Shown: positions 46,411 through 50,265 of the stretch, piece by piece
Layout of the letters: each line of letters starts with the position of its first letter
Position numbering within the stretch: position 1 is the stretch's first letter
Virus record (IMG/VR): IMGVR_UViG_3300031673_000073
Span: 1 to 50,265 of that record
DNA from: a virus
Lineage: Duplodnaviria; Caudoviricetes
Length of the DNA stretch: 50,265 nucleotides
Direction: 5' to 3' (one strand)
The notes under the pieces: generated by a model
Told to the model about the DNA's origin: nothing
The model's input: only the letters and a program-made list of their open reading frames with translations
Databases searched by the model: none
Position numbers and translations under genes: made by a program

Positions 46411-46680
46411 TCACTCTTTTTCTCCTTCGAGTATTTTCCGGATATCCTTCTCGAAATCTCTGTGTTCGGATTCCTTCAATCGTCCGATGAGTCTTACATC
46501 TGTTGCTATTCGCCCCATCACCTTCTTGATTATCTCGCCGTTATCGGGCTGTGTGCGGTCTATGATACCACCTAGCTTATCCCTCATCTCCTGCCACACC
46601 TCCCTTGCGTGTTCGTTCTCCGGCTCGCTTCCGTATATCAGGTCTAGTGCATCTTCCTTGCTCAATGTCTTGTCTGTCAT
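46411..46680 (-). CDS. Mosaic accessory protein (MTDKTLSKEDALD...PDNGEIIKKV plus unique tail)
   Basis: First ~54 aa nearly identical to 47833..48105. Confidence 0.75.
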   Translation of the reverse strand: MTDKTLSKEDALDLIYGSEPENEHAREVWQEMRDKLGGIIDRTQPDNGEIIKKVMGRIATDVRLIGRLKESEHRDFEKDIRKILEGEKE

Positions 46681-46685
46681 GGCTT
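46519..46685. repeat. Dispersed repeat copy A (copy B at 47947-48110)
   Basis: Manual alignment: 9 mismatches plus one 3-nt indel over ~165 nt. Confidence 0.9.
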
Positions 46686-46892
46686 ACTCTCCTTTTCCTT
46701 TTCAATAGTGTTTTTCAATGCTTCTTTAGCTGCCTTAAAATAATAGTCATAATGACTTTCCAAATCGTCCACGTGTCGTTGTTCGGAGAAGCTATATTTT
46801 TTTCCATTCACTCTAACCTCAAAAAACAATTCTTTCAAGCTATCCCCATAGAAAGATGGTCTAATTTCAAACAAAAAATATTCAATCTTCAT
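46677..46892 (-). CDS. Hypothetical protein ending KESKP
   Basis: AAGGAGG RBS; ATGA overlap. Confidence 0.65.
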   Translation of the reverse strand: MKIEYFLFEIRPSFYGDSLKELFFEVRVNGKKYSFSEQRHVDDLESHYDYYFKAAKEALKNTIEKEKESKP

Positions 46893-46917
46893 CACTCCAC
46901 CTCCTTTGTTTTAGCTG

Positions 46918-47310
46918 TCATGGCTTCTCCTTTGGTGGTGTTATGCCCGAACTTTGATACATGACCGCTAACCGCCCAGACATCCAGCCTTCCCAACCGT
47001 ATTTCTTTGCCTTCTCTAAAAGCTCGAATGTATCTTTAATATCACGGTCGCAAGACTCAAAACCTCGCAACCAAACTTCTGCTTCTCTCTTTGCCTGTTC
47101 AATGGTTTCGGTATAACCCCAAGAAGGACACCCAACATGACCATCGTTATAACGTATCTGCCACATCCACTTAACTGCTTTTTTCTTCTCGTCCACTGTA
47201 TTAAATTGTTCTTCGAGTACGGCACATAAATTACGAACTGGCCCATACTCCCACGGATAAGCGTTTTTGTGCCTTGGCTTTTTCCATTTAAGCTTCTCTA
47301 TCTCTGGCAT
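46918..47310 (-). CDS. Hypothetical protein (MPEIEKL start, ends KEKP)
   Basis: Flanked by connector sequences. Confidence 0.7.
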   Translation of the reverse strand: MPEIEKLKWKKPRHKNAYPWEYGPVRNLCAVLEEQFNTVDEKKKAVKWMWQIRYNDGHVGCPSWGYTETIEQAKREAEVWLRGFESCDRDIKDTFELLEKAKKYGWEGWMSGRLAVMYQSSGITPPKEKP

Positions 47311-47615
47311 TATGATTCTCCTTTCTTGTTTCTCTTATCGCACTCTGCTTGTGCTTGTTTCTTGGTTGGGAACATATCATCCTTCGGCAATGAAGTCCCA
47401 TGACTTGCTCGATATTCTGTCCAATGTTGTGCGTTTGTATTTTTCTCTTTACGCCAATTAGCAGAAATCCCACATATTATAAAAGAATCGTCTATCTCCC
47501 ATACCAATTTATCTACTTTCAATTCGATACCACATGAATCACATTTTTTATATTTAACAGACTCACGTATCAACCATACCTTATCCCCTATATCAAACTT
47601 GGTCTTGATGTTCAT
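47310..47615 (-). CDS. Hypothetical protein (MNIKTKFDIGDKVW, ends KGES)
   Basis: Start revised to the ATG of the AAAGGAGAATCATAATG connector. Confidence 0.75.
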   Translation of the reverse strand: MNIKTKFDIGDKVWLIRESVKYKKCDSCGIELKVDKLVWEIDDSFIICGISANWRKEKNTNAQHWTEYRASHGTSLPKDDMFPTKKQAQAECDKRNKKGES

Positions 47616-47833
47616 TATGATTCTCCTTTGGTTATCCAATTCCACGCTTTTATTGCTTGAGATTTACCTTTGTGGGTAATGTTGGGATATGCAAACCCTA
47701 TTCTTCCGCAGAGTTTACAATATGCCCACGACCATTTCTTCCCGTCATCTGTTGTAAATACATATTCATTGGTACTACATTTCGGGCAACAAAAAGGATT
47801 ATGTTTCGCAAAGCACGTTGGACACGTTTCCAT
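47615..47833 (-). CDS. Lar-like Zn-finger protein (ends KGES)
   Basis: CPKC...CKLCG...AIKAWN; start revised to the connector ATG. Confidence 0.65.
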   Translation of the reverse strand: METCPTCFAKHNPFCCPKCSTNEYVFTTDDGKKWSWAYCKLCGRIGFAYPNITHKGKSQAIKAWNWITKGES

Positions 47834-48246
47834 TATGATTCTCCTTTGAGGATTGAGAGGATTTTGTTCGCCTTTGCGTCCATTAGTACAACGTACTTTG
47901 CGTCTGTGAACTTCATGTTTTTTATCAAGTCGCACAACTCCGACTCCACCTTCTTGATTATCTCGGAGTTGTCGGGCTGTATGTGGTCTATGATACCACC
48001 TAGCTTATTCCTCATCTCCTGCCATGCCTCCCTTGCGTGTTCGTTCTCTGGCTCGCTTCCGTATATCAGGTCTAGTGCATCTTCCTTGCTCAACTTGTCT
48101 GTCATGGCTTCTCCTGTGTTAGTGCGGTCTAGATTGCCTTTTGCTAGTTCTCTAAACTTTACTAACGCTTTCTCCATATCTTCAGGAGTTAGTTTTATGC
48201 CTAGCTCTTCGAGTTTCTTTCTTATCTCTTCTTGTTTGTCTGTCAT
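47833..48246 (-). CDS. In-frame fusion of two MTDK-start modules (internal start 48105), ends KGES
   Basis: Internal GGAGAAGCCATGACAGACAAG connector read as GEAMTDK. Confidence 0.75.
   Translation of the reverse strand: MTDKQEEIRKKLEELGIKLTPEDMEKALVKFRELAKGNLDRTNTGEAMTDKLSKEDALDLIYGSEPENEHAREAWQEMRNKLGGIIDHIQPDNSEIIKKVESELCDLIKNMKFTDAKYVVLMDAKANKILSILKGES
47947..48110. repeat. Dispersed repeat copy B
   Basis: See copy A; 47944-47976 is also identical (33 nt) to 46180-46212. Confidence 0.9.
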
Positions 48247-48602
48247 GGCTTCTCCTTTGGATTTTCTTGTGCCACTCCCGTTACGCCAAGTGCCTCACCG
48301 AGTTTAGTTAAGGCAATACCCCATTCATCAGATGATGGTCTTCCTTTGTCGGTGACGTTAATATCTCGGTCGTGCAGATAATAAAGTTCCCGTGATGCTT
48401 TTTCTATCTCGCTGTTGTCGGGCTGTATGCGGTCTATGATACGCTGAAAATCCTTCACTACCATGCTTGATAAATCATCCTTTGGGTGTGTGACGAAGCA
48501 GGCGGGGTCTTGGTAATACGCCCGTATTTCGCTCGCTAACTGTTTTGCGCTCCTGTCGTTGTCGTACTTTGTTTGTTCTTCCTTCGTTAGCTTCTCCGGC
48601 AT
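48243..48602 (-). CDS. Mosaic accessory protein (MPEKL start, IIDRIQPDNSEI module, ends KEKP)
   Basis: Flanked by connectors; shared internal module. Confidence 0.75.
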   Translation of the reverse strand: MPEKLTKEEQTKYDNDRSAKQLASEIRAYYQDPACFVTHPKDDLSSMVVKDFQRIIDRIQPDNSEIEKASRELYYLHDRDINVTDKGRPSSDEWGIALTKLGEALGVTGVAQENPKEKP

Positions 48603-48853
48603 TATGATTCTCCTTTAGTTAGTTCTCGTATCATTAACAGTCTGATAATAGCGTGGTCGATGCTAGGTCGTCCGCTGTCTGGGTCTATATGTCCTCCTAT
48701 TGAGTTCCATCTATCGAAATGCCCGTGAAACTTTGTGTAATGAACACTCAAGTCTTTCTCCCGCCACCCATTGTCGCCGTGCTTGCCCTTACCTTCTTGT
48801 ATGAGTAGGTCGTCTAGTCCTTGAAGGTTAAAGAACTTTGTTAGTAGTTTCAT
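48602..48853 (-). CDS. DUF5664-like dATP/dGTP diphosphohydrolase domain protein (ends KGES)
   Basis: G..KHG..GW......Y......H...W......DPDSG...I.HA; start revised to MKLLTK (ATGA overlap). Confidence 0.65.
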   Translation of the reverse strand: MKLLTKFFNLQGLDDLLIQEGKGKHGDNGWREKDLSVHYTKFHGHFDRWNSIGGHIDPDSGRPSIDHAIIRLLMIRELTKGES

Positions 48854-49992
48854 GTTAAACCTCCTAACCTTTTGAACGCTTCCCTCGCACACTGCGGAAC
48901 CACGCTGTTGCCAAGGCATTTAAGGCGGTCGTTTCTAAAGGGTAGCCCATTAACCACTCTACCCACGTTGGGTTCAGTTGGCCAGTAATCCCCTCCATCG
49001 CGTTCACCTTGTCCGGCAAGCTGTTGTTCTCGTTCCTCCCTGCCGCTTCTAGAGTTTCTTGATTTCTGCCGCCTTTGTAATCCCTTGCCGCCGGGGTTGG
49101 ATATGTCTGTTTGTGTATCACTTCTGGTAGCCCTTGTTGATTGCTGTTCGGTCCGCGGCGTTTGTAATCCTGTTTCGTTGGTGTCGGCCACATCTGTGTT
49201 TTCCCTTCCACCAATTCCGCCAGCCCCCTTCCGTATCCTACCGTTGTCCTTCCCGGCTCTTGGCTTCTTGGTGTTGGCCACATCTGCACCGCTTGACTTA
49301 GATTTACACTGTGCATTGACCCTTCTTTCTGCTGGCTCGACTTCAGTTTGTCTGTGAAGGTGTCTGCTGTTGTTGGTGTCGGCCATGTCTTTGGTGTTTT
49401 GACTTGCGCACTTAAACTCCCCGCACACTTGTCCGTCCTGTTGCCCATTCTTTTCACGAAGTTGTCCGTGTTTTCTCCTGTTTCCGTTGCTCTTGGAGTG
49501 AGCCAGCAACCACCACCTTTCTCGTCTGTGCGGCGCTCCCATGTCGAAAGCTGATAGCAAGCCCCATCTACAATCATACCGTAACTCGGCCAACACTCCG
49601 GTAACTTCAGCAAGTCCTCGAAAAGTGATAGCTGGCACATTTTCCAAGAAGATGAACTCTGGTCGTAGTTCGCTAGACAACCTAACGATTTCGCCAAATA
49701 GTCCACTTCGCTTTCCCGCCAAGCCCGCTCCACTTCCCGCAATACTAATGTCTTGACAGGGGAAGCCACCGCTGATGATGTCGATTTCTGGGAGGTCTTT
49801 TCCTTTGAGTGTGGTAACGTCATCCCAGATAGGGGCGTTGTCAATCTCACCTCTTGACATTCTTGAAAGTAAGACGGCTTGAGCGTATCGCTCGTTTTCA
49901 CAATAGGCGACTGTGCCGACCCATGGCGAAAGGGCTTCGCTGATTCCTCCAATTCCGCTAAATAAATCCAAACCATTTAACTTCTCCTTCAT
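48850..49992 (-). CDS. C5 cytosine DNA methyltransferase, alpha frame (motifs I-VIII and X)
   Basis: DLFSGIGG, DV, GGFPCQD, ENV, HRRER, RLKCLGNSVVP. Confidence 0.93.
   Translation of the reverse strand: MKEKLNGLDLFSGIGGISEALSPWVGTVAYCENERYAQAVLLSRMSRGEIDNAPIWDDVTTLKGKDLPEIDIISGGFPCQDISIAGSGAGLAGKRSGLFGEIVRLSSELRPEFIFLENVPAITFRGLAEVTGVLAELRYDCRWGLLSAFDMGAPHRRERWWLLAHSKSNGNRRKHGQLREKNGQQDGQVCGEFKCASQNTKDMADTNNSRHLHRQTEVEPAERRVNAQCKSKSSGADVANTKKPRAGKDNGRIRKGAGGIGGRENTDVADTNETGLQTPRTEQQSTRATRSDTQTDISNPGGKGLQRRQKSRNSRSGREEREQQLAGQGERDGGDYWPTEPNVGRVVNGLPFRNDRLKCLGNSVVPQCAREAFKRLGGLT
48864..49976 (-). CDS. Nested +1-frame ORF; beta-like methyltransferase subunit with WPTP repeats and motif IX
   Basis: 370 open codons; AAGGAG 7 nt upstream of the ATG; five (W/Y)(P/L)TP repeats; LNPTWVEWLMGYP. 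Confidence 0.8.
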   Translation of the reverse strand: MVWIYLAELEESAKPFRHGSAQSPIVKTSDTLKPSYFQECQEVRLTTPLSGMTLPHSKEKTSQKSTSSAVASPVKTLVLREVERAWRESEVDYLAKSLGCLANYDQSSSSWKMCQLSLFEDLLKLPECWPSYGMIVDGACYQLSTWERRTDEKGGGCWLTPRATETGENTDNFVKRMGNRTDKCAGSLSAQVKTPKTWPTPTTADTFTDKLKSSQQKEGSMHSVNLSQAVQMWPTPRSQEPGRTTVGYGRGLAELVEGKTQMWPTPTKQDYKRRGPNSNQQGLPEVIHKQTYPTPAARDYKGGRNQETLEAAGRNENNSLPDKVNAMEGITGQLNPTWVEWLMGYPLETTALNALATAWFRSVRGKRSKG

Positions 49993-50011
49993 TTAATAAC
50001 CTGCCGTTCCT

Positions 50012-50265
50012 CTGGTGTCTGGTCTGTCATTATGATTCTCCTTTGAGTTCGTGCTTTAGACATTCTCCACCACTTTGTTGACAAATGTTTTCATCAAAGT
50101 GAGTACAGGTAAAACAAGTCATGCCCTCTGCCTTCCCCGACACCTCCGTGGTGTCTATGCGGTCTATGATTGCCCTTACCTTTTCGGGCTTCCACGTGAA
50201 GATAGTTCCCTCTTCAGTCATAGTGTGCATTAGATTATATAACTCGCTTATTGCCTCTTCCTTGC
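50012..50265. repeat. Terminal direct repeat, right copy
   Basis: 253/254 identical to 1-254. Confidence 0.95.

Noticed and set aside
46519-48110. Diversity-generating retroelement (TR/VR pair)
   Set aside because: No reverse transcriptase in the genome; mismatches are not adenine-specific and include a 3-nt indel; both copies are gene 5' ends
47308-48616. CRISPR array or true integron from the recurring 17-mer
   Set aside because: Spacing is 218-769 nt and coding, the repeat is not palindromic like attC, and no cas or integrase gene is present
48602-48853. Z-base (2-aminoadenine) genome pathway
   Set aside because: No purZ, datZ or phage DNA polymerase recognisable
110-49756. All plus-strand ORFs in the track
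   Set aside because: They are antisense shadows of well-supported minus-strand genes, without recognisable motifs
1-50265. Lysogeny module (integrase, CI/Cro pair, ParA)
   Set aside because: No recombinase or ParA Walker-A motifs recognised and no divergent gene pair; lifestyle remains unresolved
1-50265. Stop-codon reassignment
   Set aside because: Core genes are full length in the standard code, and TAA, TAG and TGA all end genes at coupled junctions

Overview
The window is an essentially complete, circularly permuted tailed-phage genome of about 50.0 kb (siphovirus-like). Positions 1-254 recur at 50012-50265 with one mismatch, and every credible gene lies on the minus strand. Reading in the coding direction: terminase small subunit, a block of small inserted genes, terminase large subunit, portal fused to a MuF/SPP1-gp7 domain, an ASCH-like gene, HK97 prohead protease and major capsid. 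Five consecutive signal-peptide proteins follow, then head-tail joining genes, a tail tube with an Ig domain, a chaperone with a -1 frameshift, tape measure, tail tip, lysis genes (glucosaminidase, holin-like proteins, TPR lipoprotein) and an amidohydrolase. A strong sigma70 promoter then drives a tRNA-like RNA, SpoVG, an SSAP-like protein, a PD-(D/E)XK exonuclease, a replication-initiator-like gene with iteron-like repeats, a histone-fold protein and nucleases. A second, nearly identical promoter drives three tiny genes, a repeat array, an RHH protein and a YkgJ/methyltransferase/DUF5131 cluster. I recognised no integrase, polymerase, helicase, reverse transcriptase or CRISPR array. Most unusual: (1) a ~6 kb accessory array across the circular junction, whose small genes are joined by identical RBS-stop-start connectors and built from shared, shuffled sub-gene modules; (2) a C5 methyltransferase dual-coded over ~1.1 kb, with motif IX and five WPTP repeats in a second frame that has its own Shine-Dalgarno; (3) the secreted-protein cluster inside the head module; (4) a phage histone-fold gene; (5) a tRNA mimic without a canonical anticodon arm. 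All family calls come from reading motifs by eye; no database search was run.
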